A DNA stretch of 64,000 nt from Gemmatimonadaceae bacterium (GCA_025928185.1 JAICKA010000004.1:19008-83007); one strand, 5' to 3'; shown: positions 1 through 10,107, numbered from the stretch's first letter. Notes: generated by a model not told the origin, from the letters alone. Translations and numbers: made by a program.

Positions 1-966
1 GAACACGCAGCTGATTGCCTTCGCTTCGTTGGCGTCGTTGAGCGGCGTGGATGTGCCGTGCGCATTGACGTAGTCGATGTCGCCGGGCAGCAGCCGGGCG
101 TCGGCGAGCGCGCCGCGCATGGCGCGCTGCAGCCCTTCATGCTCGGGCAATTGGCCGGTCAGATGATACGCGTCGCCCGTGGCGCGATAACCGGAAATCT
201 CGGCGTAGATGCGCGCCCCGCGCTTCTGCGCGTGCTCGAGATCCTCGAGAATGACGATGCCCGCGCCCTCGCCCATCACAAAGCCATCGCGGGTGGCGTC
301 GAACGGCCGCGAGGCGGTTTCCGGACTGTCGTTCCGCTCGGATAGCGCCGTCATGTTGGCGAAGCCGCCAATCGCCATCGGCGTGACGGTCGCCTCGGCA
401 CCACCGGTGATCATGATGTCAGCGTCGCCGTACTGGATCGAGCGGAATGCGTCGCCGATCGCGTGCGCGCTCGTCGAGCAGGCCGAGACGGTCGCGTAAT
501 TCGGCCCGCGCGCGTTGAAGCGCATCGAGACGACGCCGGCGGCAATGTCGGCGATGAACATCGGGATGAAGAATGGGCTGATCTTGCTGGCGCCGCGCTC
601 CCGATAGATGTCGTGCTGCTCCTCGAAGCTCTTGAGGCCACCAATGCCGCTGCCGACGATGACGCCCGTGCGGTTGACGTCGTACGTGCCCGACGCAAGC
701 CCGGCGTCCGCCATGGCCTGGACCGATGCGGCGACCGCGTATTGCGTGTACATGTCGGCGCGTTTGGCTTCCTTGCGGTCCATGTACTGCAGCGGGTCGA
801 AGCCCTTCACCTCGCACGCGAAACGCACCGGAAACGTCGACGCGTCGAACTTGGTAATCGGCGCCGCCCCCGACGTGCCGGCGATGAGCGCGCGCCAGGC
901 CGCCGCCACGTCATTCCCGACCGGCGTGATCGCCCCCAGTCCGGTGACGACGACCCTTCGCTTCAT
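1..966 (-). CDS. fabF: 3-oxoacyl-[ACP] synthase II (KAS II); C-terminus lies beyond the window start
   Basis: Absent from the ORF track because it has no stop in the window. My minus-strand translation from the ATG at 966-964 reads [20 protein letters not shown]...SACSTSAHAIGDA...NAHGTSTPLND (KAS active-site Cys and His contexts). Start overlaps the acpP stop by 1 nt. Conserved fab-cluster position. Confidence 0.9.
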   Translation of the reverse strand, partial: MKRRVVVTGLGAITPVGNDVAAAWRALIAGTSGAAPITKFDASTFPVRFACEVKGFDPLQYMDRKEAKRADMYTQYAVAASVQAMADAGLASGTYDVNRTGVIVGSGIGGLKSFEEQHDIYRERGASKISPFFIPMFIADIAAGVVSMRFNARGPNYATVSACSTSAHAIGDAFRSIQYGDADIMITGGAEATVTPMAIGGFANMTALSERNDSPETASRPFDATRDGFVMGEGAGIVILEDLEHAQKRGARIYAEISGYRATGDAYHLTGQLPEHEGLQRAMRGALADARLLPGDIDYVNAHGTSTPLNDANEAKAISCVF

Positions 967-1211
967 TACGCGTTGCTCCCGATCTTCTGGTTCAGGTAGT
1001 TCACCGCATCGCCGACGGTACGCAGCTTCTCCGCGTCTTCGTCCGGAATGTCGATGTTGAACTCCTTCTCGAACTCCATCACCAGTTCAACGATGTCGAG
1101 GCTGTCGGCGCCGAGATCCTCGATGAAGCTGGCCTGGTCGGTGAGCTTCTCGCGCTCGACGCCGAGCTCCTTCTCGATGATGTCGCGGACCTTCTGAGCG
1201 TTGTCAGCCAT
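966..1211 (-). CDS. acpP: acyl carrier protein
   Basis: 81 aa with the [15 protein letters not shown] phosphopantetheine-Ser motif. GA-rich SD (agagagaggaa) upstream. Lies between fabG and fabF. Confidence 0.95.
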   Translation of the reverse strand: MADNAQKVRDIIEKELGVEREKLTDQASFIEDLGADSLDIVELVMEFEKEFNIDIPDEDAEKLRTVGDAVNYLNQKIGSNA

Positions 1212-1301
1212 GGGGGCGTTCCTCTCTCTGCTGTGGAGTGCGTGTGGGTGTTGATAGTGCGCGAATAATCTAGCGTGCCACGACGGCCGGTGTCACTTCA
1301 G

Positions 1302-2039
1302 CTACATCACCATCCCACCGTCCACCACGAACACCTGGCCCGTGATGTACGCGGATAAATCGGACGACAGAAATGCGACCAGCCCCGCGATATCGTCGGG
1401 GGTGCCGAGTCGCGCGAGCGGGATCTGCGCCGACAACGTCTGCTTCGCCTCGTCCGTCATCGCCGCCGTCATGTCCGTCTCGATGAAACCGGGAGCGACG
1501 ACGTTCGCCAGGATGTTGCGCGACGCGAGCTCTTTGGCCACAGATTTGGTCAGTCCGATCAGCCCCGCCTTGCTCGCGGCGTAATTCGCCTGTCCCTTGT
1601 TGCCGACGATGCCGACAACGCTGGCGATGTTGATGATCCTGCCCCACCGCCGCTTCATCATGCCGCGCGACGCGGCGCGGATCGCGGCGAACGCGCCGCG
1701 CAGATTCGCGTCGAGCACCGCGTCCCAGTCGTCGTCCTTGATCCGGAACAGCACGTTGTCGCGGGTCAGCCCGGCGTTGTTGACGAGAATGTCCACGGCG
1801 CCAAGTTCCTGCTCGACCGCCTCCACCAGCGCGCCGACCGAGCCGGTGTCGCTGACGTCGCAGGCAAAGCCGCGCGCATCGGCCGAAAGCTCGCCGGCAA
1901 CCTGCCGCGCACGCTCGGCATCGCGCCCGGTGATCGCGACGCGCGCGCCCGCACCGGCCAGGCGTTCGGCGATCGCGCGACCGATGCCGCGCGTGCTGCC
2001 GGTGACGAGCGCCACGCGACCCGAAAGATCGATCTTCAC
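1302..2039 (-). CDS. fabG: 3-oxoacyl-[ACP] reductase (SDR family)
   Basis: VALVTGSTRGIGRAIA Rossmann motif and YAASKAG catalytic motif. Start trimmed to the GTG at 2039, which overlaps the fabD TGA (GTGA). The ORF track extends to 2087. Confidence 0.9.
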   Translation of the reverse strand: MKIDLSGRVALVTGSTRGIGRAIAERLAGAGARVAITGRDAERARQVAGELSADARGFACDVSDTGSVGALVEAVEQELGAVDILVNNAGLTRDNVLFRIKDDDWDAVLDANLRGAFAAIRAASRGMMKRRWGRIINIASVVGIVGNKGQANYAASKAGLIGLTKSVAKELASRNILANVVAPGFIETDMTAAMTDEAKQTLSAQIPLARLGTPDDIAGLVAFLSSDLSAYITGQVFVVDGGMVM

Positions 2040-2977
2040 GAGACTGGCATATCCCGAAGCTGCTGCACCTCGGCGGCAGTCCCGCACGTTACCGTCTTGA
2101 GCGAGGGCGCAATCTTCTTGACGAGTCCGACGAGCACTTTTCCCGGCCCCATTTCGACGTAGAGCGCGTCCGGATAGCGGCTGGCCAGCGCGCGGATTTC
2201 GTCGGTCCAGCGCACCGGGCTGGCGAGCTGCTGGAGCAAAAGCTCCTTGGCTCGATCAGCCTTGAGCACCGACTCGCCATTCACGTTTGCGTACACGGCG
2301 AAGTGTGGATCGCTAAATGATGCGCCGTCAAGCGCTTCTGCCAACCCGTGAGAGGCAGATTCCATGAGCGGTGAATGGAATGCCCCGCTCACGTTGAGCC
2401 GCACCGTGAGCTTGGCCCCCGCCTCCTTGGCCAGGGCCATGGCGCGCTCGACGCCGCCGACCTCCCCGCTCACGACAATCTGTCCGGGACAGTTGTAGTT
2501 CGCCGGTACGACCAAACCTGCGTCGTTCGACGCCCGCGCACACAGATCTTCGATGGGCTGCTGCAGATCACCGACGATCGCCGCCATGGCGCCCGGGCGC
2601 TTCTGGCCGCTCTCGAACATCAGCTCTCCGCGCCGGCGTACGATACGCAGCGCGGCATCCAGCTGGAGCGACTCCGCGGCGTAGTACGCCGTGAATTCGC
2701 CAAGCGAGTGACCGGCCGCTGCAACGACGCTGGCGCCGATCACGTCCCGCGTAGACGCCCACACGGCGGCGCCGTGCGCGAGCAGCGCCGGCTGCGCGTT
2801 CTGCGTGAGCGTGAGCTCCTCGTTCGGACCCTCGAAGCAGAGGCGACTGAGCGGCGCATTGAGCGCCGCGTCGGCATGCTCGAACACGCTGCACGCCGCG
2901 GGAAACGCTTCGACGAGATCCCTGCCCATGCCCGGCTTCTGCGACCCCTGGCCGGGAAACAGCAGCACAATGTCCAT
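2036..2977 (-). CDS. fabD: malonyl CoA-ACP transacylase
   Basis: 313 aa, FPGQGSQKPGMG N-terminus and GHSLGEF active-site Ser motif. Confidence 0.93.
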   Translation of the reverse strand: MDIVLLFPGQGSQKPGMGRDLVEAFPAACSVFEHADAALNAPLSRLCFEGPNEELTLTQNAQPALLAHGAAVWASTRDVIGASVVAAAGHSLGEFTAYYAAESLQLDAALRIVRRRGELMFESGQKRPGAMAAIVGDLQQPIEDLCARASNDAGLVVPANYNCPGQIVVSGEVGGVERAMALAKEAGAKLTVRLNVSGAFHSPLMESASHGLAEALDGASFSDPHFAVYANVNGESVLKADRAKELLLQQLASPVRWTDEIRALASRYPDALYVEMGPGKVLVGLVKKIAPSLKTVTCGTAAEVQQLRDMPVS

Positions 2978-2980
2978 CGG

Positions 2981-3985
2981 TCAGACTCTGAGGACCATCG
3001 AGGCCCAGGTAAAGCCGGCCCCGAACGCCACGAGCATGACGGTCTGCCCGGGCTGCAAGCGCCCACACTCGATCGCCTCGTCGAGCGCAATCGCGACCGA
3101 GGCCGACGACGTGTTGCCGTAGCGATCGACGTTCACGTACACCTTGTCCATCGAGAGATTTGCGTGCTTGGCAGTCGCCTCGATGATGCGGATGTTCGCT
3201 TGATGCGGAATCAGCAAATCGATATCGTGCGGGGTGAGCTTGGCGATGTCGAGCGCGCGGTCGGTCGCGTCGGCCATCGAGCGCACGGCGTGCTTGAACA
3301 CCTCGCGTCCGGCCATGCGCACGAGATACGATCGATCGGCGAGCACGGCTTCCGAAAATGGAATCGCGGCGCCGCCGGCGGGGCGATACAACAGATCGGC
3401 CAGCGTGCCGTCGCTACGCATGTAGGTGCTGAGAATGCCCGCGGGTTTGAGGGACCGCTTGGCCGGCACGCGCTTGAGCACGGCGGCCCCGGCGCCGTCG
3501 CCGAACAACACGCACGTCGAGCGATCCTTCCAGTCGATGATCGAGCTCATGCGCTCGGACCCGACAATCAGCACGGTCTCCGCGTTGCCGGTGGCGATGA
3601 GTCCCTCTCCCACCGAAGCCGCGAAGATGAACCCGGCGCACGCCGCGCCGATGTCGAACGCGGCCGAGCGCGACGCGCCGAGCTCCGCCTGGAGATCAAC
3701 CGCCGTCGCGGGTAGCAGGCGATCCGCCGTCGCCGTGCTGAGCACGATCGCATCGAGCTCTCCCTCGACCACGCCGGCGCGCTTCATCGCCTGCCGTGCC
3801 GCTGTTGCTGCCATCGAACAGGTGCTGTCGTTCGGACCGGCGATATACCGCTGGCGAATGCCCGTGCGGCTAACGATCCACTCGTCGTTCGTCTCGATGC
3901 CGATCGCCGCAAAGTCGTCGTTGGTCATGATCTTGGCGGGAACGCCACGACCGGTGCCGGCGAAGTACGCGTGCGGGCGTGTCAT
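2981..3985 (-). CDS. fabH: 3-oxoacyl-[ACP] synthase III
   Basis: The C-terminal 334 aa of ORF 2981..4285 are FabH-like (AACAGF active-site Cys, HQAN, GAGFTW). Start set to the ATG at 3985 (MTRPHAYFAGTG), an ATGA overlap with the plsX stop. The upstream 100 aa are Arg-rich shadow sequence. Confidence 0.9.
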   Translation of the reverse strand: MTRPHAYFAGTGRGVPAKIMTNDDFAAIGIETNDEWIVSRTGIRQRYIAGPNDSTCSMAATAARQAMKRAGVVEGELDAIVLSTATADRLLPATAVDLQAELGASRSAAFDIGAACAGFIFAASVGEGLIATGNAETVLIVGSERMSSIIDWKDRSTCVLFGDGAGAAVLKRVPAKRSLKPAGILSTYMRSDGTLADLLYRPAGGAAIPFSEAVLADRSYLVRMAGREVFKHAVRSMADATDRALDIAKLTPHDIDLLIPHQANIRIIEATAKHANLSMDKVYVNVDRYGNTSSASVAIALDEAIECGRLQPGQTVMLVAFGAGFTWASMVLRV

Positions 3986-5001
3986 ACGGCTCCGACGCCT
4001 TCCTGGAGGCGGCGGCCTACATGTTCGTCCATCCGAGTCTCCACGGCGCGAACGCCGACTTTGAGCGCGTTCATGATGGCGCGGGGCGAGGACTTCCCGT
4101 GCGAGATGATGCTGATGCCTTTGACACCGAGCAGCGGCGCGCCGCCGTGCTCGGAGTAGTCGAGCTGGCGAAGTGCCTTGGCCATGATCTGCTGGTCGAC
4201 GCCGGCTTCGCCGAGCAGCCGCATGATGAACGGCGCGATCGATTCGTAGAATTTGAGCACGACATTGCCGACGAAACCGTCGCAAACAACGACGTCGATC
4301 GGCCCGCGATCGCAGGCGCCATTGGGGAGATCGCGCCCTTCCACATTGCCGATGAACCGGATGCCGGCCGACTGGAGAAGCTGGTGCGCTTCCTTGACCG
4401 CAGCGTTCCCCTTTTCCGGCTCTTCACCAATGCTCATCAGTCCAACGGCCGGATTGTCGCGGCCGAGAATGTCCTCGGCGTAGACAGCTCCGAGGCGGGC
4501 GAACTGTACCAGCTCGTCCGGCGAGCAATCGACGTTGGCGCCGGAGTCGAGCACCACGACCGGCTTTAATGACGTCGGAAACAGTGTGGCGATGGCCGGC
4601 CGTTTGAGGCCGGCGTGCAGGCGCAGCACGACCATCGACGCGGCCATCTGCGCGCCGGTATTGCCGGCGGAGACGAACGCGTCGGATTCACCGTCGGCCT
4701 GGAGCTTGAGGCCGACGATCATGGAGCTGTTGGGTTTTCCGCGCACCGCGGCGCTCGGCTTGTCCGTCATCTCGATCACGTCGGGTGCCTCGATAATCGA
4801 GAGGCGTTCGCGCTGTGCGCGAACCGGCGCGAATTCACGCTCGGTCAGGAGCGCGTCGAGCTGAGATCGGATGACGGTGGTCTGGCCGACGAGCTGGATC
4901 GTGTGGTTCGAATCGAGCTCACAGAGGGCGAGCAACGCGCCGGCCACGGTCGCCCGGGGAGCAAAGTCGCCCCCCATGACGTCCAGAGCGATGCGCGCCA
5001 A
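3982..5001 (-). CDS. plsX: phosphate:acyl-ACP acyltransferase
   Basis: ARIALDVMGGDFAP N-terminus typical of PlsX. Start proposed at the TTG at 5001, 2 nt after the rpmF stop. The ORF-track start at 5052 would overlap rpmF by 49 nt. Confidence 0.87.
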   Translation of the reverse strand: MARIALDVMGGDFAPRATVAGALLALCELDSNHTIQLVGQTTVIRSQLDALLTEREFAPVRAQRERLSIIEAPDVIEMTDKPSAAVRGKPNSSMIVGLKLQADGESDAFVSAGNTGAQMAASMVVLRLHAGLKRPAIATLFPTSLKPVVVLDSGANVDCSPDELVQFARLGAVYAEDILGRDNPAVGLMSIGEEPEKGNAAVKEAHQLLQSAGIRFIGNVEGRDLPNGACDRGPIDVVVCDGFVGNVVLKFYESIAPFIMRLLGEAGVDQQIMAKALRQLDYSEHGGAPLLGVKGISIISHGKSSPRAIMNALKVGVRAVETRMDEHVGRRLQEGVGAV

Positions 5002-5003
5002 GG

Positions 5004-5186
5004 CTACGCTTCGCGGGCTTCGACCCGCTGTTTCCCCGCGTAGTAGCCGCACTCCTCACACACGTGGTGCGGGCGCTTGGGCGACTGGCAGCGCGGGCAT
5101 TTCTGGAGGGCGATTGCCGGCGCGGTCTTGTGCGTGTTGCGGGCGCGCTTCTTCCGCTTGGAGGTGCGTCGCTTCGGGACGGCCAT
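5004..5186 (-). CDS. rpmF: 50S ribosomal protein L32
   Basis: 60 aa, MAVPKRRTSKRKKRARNTH..CPRC..CEECG (L32 N-terminus plus zinc-ribbon Cys pairs). It is the last 60 codons of ORF 5004..5429. Confidence 0.92.
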   Translation of the reverse strand: MAVPKRRTSKRKKRARNTHKTAPAIALQKCPRCQSPKRPHHVCEECGYYAGKQRVEAREA

Positions 5187-5190
5187 TGGT

Positions 5191-5697
5191 CTATCGAGAA
5201 CGGTGAAGGTGTGACGAACGCGCGTGGGACCCGCGAACTGCGTCCTCGCAGCCGCACGGTCCGGCGTTGAGGTCCGCTCCGCATCGTGCGCAGAGGCCCT
5301 TGCAGTCTTCCTGACACAGTGCAAAGGCCGGTGCCGCGAGCAACCACTCCTCGCGGAGCGCCGGCCGGAGATCGAGCTCGGTCGTGTGCGCGTCCAGCTG
5401 GTAGACGTCGGGATCATCAATATCCTCATCTCCGGCTTCCGCGAAGATGAGATGCGCCTCGTCGCTCACGTGCGCACGCGTTTCGGACAGACAACGACTG
5501 CACTCGAGCACGACGTCGCCTTCGATTCGGCCGTGCCAATAGAAGCGGCCCGGTCCAGCTGCCGACAGGCGTCCGCTGACGTGCGCGGCGCCGTCCGGCT
5601 TCGGATCGTCCGACTGCCAGACCGGATCGTTCGCAGACAACGCTTCGTCGACGACCGCGGCATGGGACTCGAGCGACCGAATATCAAAGGACAACAT
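5191..5697 (-). CDS. yceD: YceD/DUF177 family protein
   Basis: 168 aa with CSRCL and CQEDCKGLCARCGADLN Cys motifs typical of DUF177. Conserved position immediately upstream of rpmF-plsX. Confidence 0.8.
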   Translation of the reverse strand: MLSFDIRSLESHAAVVDEALSANDPVWQSDDPKPDGAAHVSGRLSAAGPGRFYWHGRIEGDVVLECSRCLSETRAHVSDEAHLIFAEAGDEDIDDPDVYQLDAHTTELDLRPALREEWLLAAPAFALCQEDCKGLCARCGADLNAGPCGCEDAVRGSHARSSHLHRSR

Positions 5698-5783
5698 CCC
5701 TCAAACCTACCCAACCGCCGTGCGCATTACAAGTCGCTGAGCTCGCGACGGTTACGCTGTGTGACCGTGCGTCCGGCGCGGTG

Positions 5784-6212
5784 TTATCGCGCCGCGATCA
5801 CATCGCTCTCGGCGAAGAAAAACCGCGCTTCACGCTCGGCGTTCTCATCTGAATCCGACGCGTGAATCGCATTCCGCTCCTTGGATTCGGCGTACAGCTT
5901 CCGCACCGTGCCGGCGTCGGCCTGCGCCGGGTCCGTTGCGCCGATGGCGGTGCGCAAGGCGGCCACGGCGTTGTCCTTCTCGAGCACCATCGGCATGCAC
6001 GGGCCCGACGTCATGAATTTCACCAGCGAACCGTAGAACGGCCGCTCGCGGTGTACGGCGTAGAACTCGCCCGCTTGGTCCTGCGACAGGTGCATCACGC
6101 GCGCGGCGCGAACGCGAAATCCCTGCTGCTCGAGATGGGCGATGATCTTGCCCGCCTTGCCGGCGGCGAAGGCGTCCGGCTTGATGATCGTCAACGTGTA
6201 CGTGCCAGCCAT
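5784..6212 (-). CDS. ndk: nucleoside diphosphate kinase
   Basis: 142 aa, [11 protein letters not shown]-terminus and NAIHASDS active-site His motif. Confidence 0.95.
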   Translation of the reverse strand: MAGTYTLTIIKPDAFAAGKAGKIIAHLEQQGFRVRAARVMHLSQDQAGEFYAVHRERPFYGSLVKFMTSGPCMPMVLEKDNAVAALRTAIGATDPAQADAGTVRKLYAESKERNAIHASDSDENAEREARFFFAESDVIAAR

Positions 6213-6226
6213 TATGAGTATCCTGA

Positions 6227-7114
6227 TCAGGGTCCTATGAGTTTTCGAACGATGTCCCCGCGGGTGAGAAAGCCGACGAGGCGCCCCGCGTGCACGACGG
6301 GCACGCGCTCGACGTCCTTGTTGCTCATCAGCGCGGCCACCTCCGCAACGGGCTCCTCGGGCGCGACGCAGAGCACCTGCCGCGTCATCGCTTCACGCAC
6401 GGTCTTCTTTCCCTGCCCGAACGCCGCACCGTGACGCGGTGAGCCGTCGGACAGCACCTCGGTCGCGAGAAGATGACGCATCAGCTCGCGCTCGCTCAGC
6501 ACGCCGAGCAATCGCCGGTCGGCGTCGACGACTGGCAGCGCGCCAAGCCCGAACCGGATCAGCTCCTGCGCCGCGGTACGCAGCGGCACGTCGGGCGCCG
6601 TCGTTCGCGGGTGCTCCGTCATCAGATCACGCACGAGCAGTTGCTCGGGGATCTCGTACTCCAGGAACATCGGCAAGCGGACGACCGCTTCCGGGCTCGG
6701 CGAGTCGAGCAGTGCATCCACGGCGTCTCGTCGCGGCAGCAGCCGACTGAAGCCACGCACCACCTGCAGATGACGCGCGGCCGATCGCGGCGGACCGACC
6801 ACCATGACTGCGATCGGCGCGTGCTGTTCCGACCCGTCATCCAGCGGTCGCTTCAGTCCATCGGGGGCAACGCCGATCGCCACCTGCAGCTCGGACGCGG
6901 TGTCCGTGCGATAGTGCAGCAGAAACGCACAATCGGCGATCGCCACCATGTCTTCGCCACGCTCTTCATTCACCCGGCCCTGCAACCGGTCCGGTTCGGC
7001 GACGGCGCCCGACGCGGCGAGGCGCTCGAGCAGCGCGCTACGCGCCGCGGCGAGCGTCTCCGCCTCGAGGGGTACCAGCACGCGCGAAGGCGCGAGGAAG
7101 TCCGCGAGGTGCAC
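6227..7114 (-). CDS. PTS EIIA(Ntr)-like domain fused to a CBS-pair domain, regulatory protein of unknown role
   Basis: The N-terminal ~150 aa resemble PTS_EIIA_2 ([16 protein letters not shown]..., [12 protein letters not shown]). The C-terminal ~135 aa have two CBS-like repeats ([16 protein letters not shown]; [27 protein letters not shown]). Assignment is by eye only. Confidence 0.6.
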   Translation of the reverse strand: MHLADFLAPSRVLVPLEAETLAAARSALLERLAASGAVAEPDRLQGRVNEERGEDMVAIADCAFLLHYRTDTASELQVAIGVAPDGLKRPLDDGSEQHAPIAVMVVGPPRSAARHLQVVRGFSRLLPRRDAVDALLDSPSPEAVVRLPMFLEYEIPEQLLVRDLMTEHPRTTAPDVPLRTAAQELIRFGLGALPVVDADRRLLGVLSERELMRHLLATEVLSDGSPRHGAAFGQGKKTVREAMTRQVLCVAPEEPVAEVAALMSNKDVERVPVVHAGRLVGFLTRGDIVRKLIGP

Positions 7115-7120
7115 GCCTGC

Positions 7121-7990
7121 TCACATTCTCGCTTTCAACAGCTCGACGAAATCCATCGGGCGCTTGACCACGCCCATGCCCGCCTCGCCGAACGCGGCGA
7201 TCTTCTCCGCCGCCGTGCCCGACGATCCGGAGATGATCGCGCCGGCGTGTCCCATGCGGCGCCCCGGCGGCGCGGTCTGCCCGGCGATGAAGCCCACGAC
7301 CGGCTTCTTCATGTGCTGCTTGATGAACGCGGCGGCCTCCTGCTCGTCCGTGCCGCCGATCTCGCCCATCATCGCAACAGCCTTCGTCTTCGGATCAGCC
7401 TCGAAGGCGCTCAAGCAGTCGATGAAGTTCGTGCCGTTGATCGGATCGCCGCCGACGCCCACGCACGTCGATTGTCCGAGTCCCGCACGAGTAAGCTGAT
7501 ATACCACTTCGTACGTGAGCGTCCCGGAACGACTCACCACGCCGATGCTGCCCGGCGTGCAGATACGTCCCGGGATGATGCCGACCTTGGACACCCCGGG
7601 CGTGATGAGCCCCGGACAGTTCGGGCCGATGAGGCGCGCGCCCTTCTCCTTGACGAACGGATAGACGCGGGTCATGTCGAGCACCGGCACGCCCTCGGTG
7701 ATCGCGACGACGAGCTTGATGCCGGCGTCCGCCGCTTCCATGATCGCGTCCGCGGCGAACATCGGCGGCACATAGATCACGGATGTATTGGCCTTCGTCG
7801 CCGCGACCGCATCGGCCACGGTGTTGAAGATCGGCACCTTGTCGTCGAACTTCTGGCCGCCTTTGCCGGGCGTCACTCCGCCGACGATCTTCGTGCCGTA
7901 CTCGATCATCTGGCGTGTGTGGAACGAGCCGTCGCGGCCCGTGATGCCCTGCACGAGGACCGTGCTCTTGTCGTCGAGGAAGATGCTCAT
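7121..7990 (-). CDS. sucD: succinyl-CoA synthetase alpha subunit
   Basis: 289 aa, [23 protein letters not shown] and MGHAGAII (phospho-His loop). ATGA overlap with the sucC stop. Confidence 0.95.
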   Translation of the reverse strand: MSIFLDDKSTVLVQGITGRDGSFHTRQMIEYGTKIVGGVTPGKGGQKFDDKVPIFNTVADAVAATKANTSVIYVPPMFAADAIMEAADAGIKLVVAITEGVPVLDMTRVYPFVKEKGARLIGPNCPGLITPGVSKVGIIPGRICTPGSIGVVSRSGTLTYEVVYQLTRAGLGQSTCVGVGGDPINGTNFIDCLSAFEADPKTKAVAMMGEIGGTDEQEAAAFIKQHMKKPVVGFIAGQTAPPGRRMGHAGAIISGSSGTAAEKIAAFGEAGMGVVKRPMDFVELLKARM

Positions 7991-9132
7991 GCGGCCTTGC
8001 CTCCCTTGGCGAGCTGCACGGCCTTCTGCACGGCCTGGTCCATGTCGGACGACGCCGAGAATCCATTCTCCTGCAGAATCTTCATCGCGATCTCTTCGTT
8101 GGTTCCGGTGAGCCGAATGACGATCGGCACCTTGAGCGGGTTCTGTTTGGTGGCCGTCACGATGCCGTTCGCGACGTCATCGGTGCGCGTGATGCCGCCG
8201 AAGATGTTGAACAGGATCGCCTTCACGTTCGGGTCGGCCGTGATGATCTTGAGCGCGTTGACGACCTTCTCGGGATTCGACGAGCCGCCGATGTCGAGAA
8301 AGTTCGCTGGCTCGCCGCCGTAGTATTTCACGAGGTCCATCGTCGCCATCGCCAGCCCGGCGCCATTCACCACGCAGCCGACGTCGCCGTCGAGCTTGAT
8401 GAACGTGAGGCTCGCGTTGCGCGCCTGCACCTCGCTCGGCGCCTCGGCGCTCTCGTCGCGCATCGCCGCGATCTCCGGATGGCGATCGAGCTCGTTGTCG
8501 TCGATCACCATCTTGGCATCGAGCGCGACGACGTCGCCGGTCGGAGTCGTGACGAGCGGGTTGATCTCGGCCAGCGAGCAACCGCTCTTCATGAACGCGG
8601 CATAGAGTTGCTGCAGGATGCGCGCGACGGCGCGCACCTTCTTCACGTCGTCGAACAGGAAGAAGCCGAGTCGCGAGGCCTGGTACGGCTCGAGGCCGTA
8701 GCGCGTGTCGATCGGCAACTTGAGAATCTTCTCAGGCGTCTTCGCCGCAACTTCCTCGATGTCGATGCCGCCGGCGGGGCTCACCATGAACACCGGTTTG
8801 CGCGACGCGCGATCGAGAATGATGCCGACGTACGCCTCGCTGGCGATGTCTGCCGCCGGCGTCACGAGCACGCGCTGCACCGGCAGCCCCTTGATGTGCA
8901 TGCCGAGGATCTTGCTCGCGATCTCCTTCGCCTCCGCGGGGGATTTGGCGAGCTTCACGCCGCCGGCCTTGCCGCGGCCGCCGGCGTGCACCTGGGCCTT
9001 TACGACGACAGTGCCGCCGTACTGCCGCGCGATGCGCTCGGCGTCTTCGGGGGTGCTCGCGACTTCACCCGGAGGAATCGGTACGCCTTCCTTCCGGAGA
9101 ATTTCCTTTGCCTGGTATTCGTGAATGTTCAC
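7987..9132 (-). CDS. sucC: succinyl-CoA synthetase beta subunit
   Basis: 381 aa, [19 protein letters not shown]-terminus (ATP-grasp) and NIFGGITR motif. Confidence 0.95.
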   Translation of the reverse strand: MNIHEYQAKEILRKEGVPIPPGEVASTPEDAERIARQYGGTVVVKAQVHAGGRGKAGGVKLAKSPAEAKEIASKILGMHIKGLPVQRVLVTPAADIASEAYVGIILDRASRKPVFMVSPAGGIDIEEVAAKTPEKILKLPIDTRYGLEPYQASRLGFFLFDDVKKVRAVARILQQLYAAFMKSGCSLAEINPLVTTPTGDVVALDAKMVIDDNELDRHPEIAAMRDESAEAPSEVQARNASLTFIKLDGDVGCVVNGAGLAMATMDLVKYYGGEPANFLDIGGSSNPEKVVNALKIITADPNVKAILFNIFGGITRTDDVANGIVTATKQNPLKVPIVIRLTGTNEEIAMKILQENGFSASSDMDQAVQKAVQLAKGGKAA

Positions 9133-10094
9133 GCGGTCTCCGCGGTTGCGGTTATGGTGGTGCCCGCCTCGCCGCGAACAGCTGCCTGTCCGCGGCTCAG
9201 CGACGTGATGATCGCCCGTCCACCAGTTCGGCGCACGAAGTCGATCGACGCCCGAATCTTCGGCGCCATGCTGCCTTCGCCGAATGCCTTCTGTTCATCC
9301 ATGCGTACTGCTTCGTCGACCGACAGTCGCCGCAGCGCACGTTGCGACGGCGTGCCCCAGTCGGCGTACACCGCGTCGACGTCGGTCAGAATCAACAACA
9401 ACTCGGCGCCCAGATCGCGCGCCAACACCGCCGCCGCGAGATCCTTGTCGATCACCGCGTCGATGCCTTCCCATCCGAGCGTCGGATGCTCGTACACGGG
9501 CGCACCGCCGCCACCGCAGGCCACGACCAGCATGCCCTGCTCGACGAGCGTTTTGATCACCGGCAGCTCGCGAATAGCCCGCGGCACCGGACTGCCGACG
9601 ACGCGTCGAAGATGTCCGTGTCCGTCCGGCTTCACGACGTGTCCTTCCGCTTCGAGCTCGCGCGCACGTTCCGGCGTGAGCGTTCGGCCGATGAACTTCG
9701 TCGGATGCCGCAGCGCTGGATCGGCGGGATCGACCTGGACCTGCGTGATCACCGTCGCGACGCTCCGCGGGCTGTTGGCCCGCTGGAGCGCGTTCTCCAG
9801 CGACTGTTGAATCATATACCCGATCCAGCCCGCTGTCGCGGCCACGAGCACGCCCAGCGGCAATGGGCTCGCCTGGCCGCGCGCCACTTCGTTGCGCACG
9901 AGCTCATCGCCGACTTGCGGGCCGTTCCCGTGCACGACGCACACACTCCATCCCGCGAGCGCCAACTCGACGATCGGTCCCAGACTCTCGCGCGTGTGGC
10001 GGAACTGGTCGTAGATGGTTGCGGGCTCGCCGGACGGCGCGAGCGCGTTGCCGCCGAGGGCCATGACGGCGGTGCGCCGGTGCTCGTGCGTCAT
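9129..10094 (-). CDS. arcC: carbamate kinase
   Basis: The 321 aa from the ATG at 10094 (MTHEHRRTAVMALGGNAL...HGNGPQVG...GGGGAPV...IDKDLAAAVLA...TDVDAVY...GSMAPKIRA) follow the amino-acid-kinase/carbamate-kinase pattern. The ORF-track N-terminal 126 aa are shadow. Its stop overlaps the sucC start by 4 nt. Confidence 0.8.
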   Translation of the reverse strand: MTHEHRRTAVMALGGNALAPSGEPATIYDQFRHTRESLGPIVELALAGWSVCVVHGNGPQVGDELVRNEVARGQASPLPLGVLVAATAGWIGYMIQQSLENALQRANSPRSVATVITQVQVDPADPALRHPTKFIGRTLTPERARELEAEGHVVKPDGHGHLRRVVGSPVPRAIRELPVIKTLVEQGMLVVACGGGGAPVYEHPTLGWEGIDAVIDKDLAAAVLARDLGAELLLILTDVDAVYADWGTPSQRALRRLSVDEAVRMDEQKAFGEGSMAPKIRASIDFVRRTGGRAIITSLSRGQAAVRGEAGTTITATAETA

Positions 10095-10107
10095 GTCCGT
10101 GCGGAGA

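Noticed and set aside
3986-4285. Long Arg-rich N-terminal extensions on ORF-track entries for fabH, and likewise for arcC (10095-10472), nuoE (25674-26564), nuoC (27695-28177), nuoA (28707-29075), nuoN, nuoL, ispD (45670-46449), pgk, pepA and dnaB
   Set aside because: The extensions overlap the upstream conserved gene in another frame and have no homology-like motifs. In each case an internal ATG or GTG gives a canonical N-terminus and a 1- or 4-nt start/stop overlap with the upstream gene.
6473-8323. 616-aa plus-strand ORF spanning the EIIA/CBS, sucD and sucC region
   Set aside because: It is antisense to three well-supported conserved genes. Its translation is Arg/Ala/His/Asp-rich low-complexity sequence with no recognisable motif. 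This is a typical high-G+C antisense shadow ORF.
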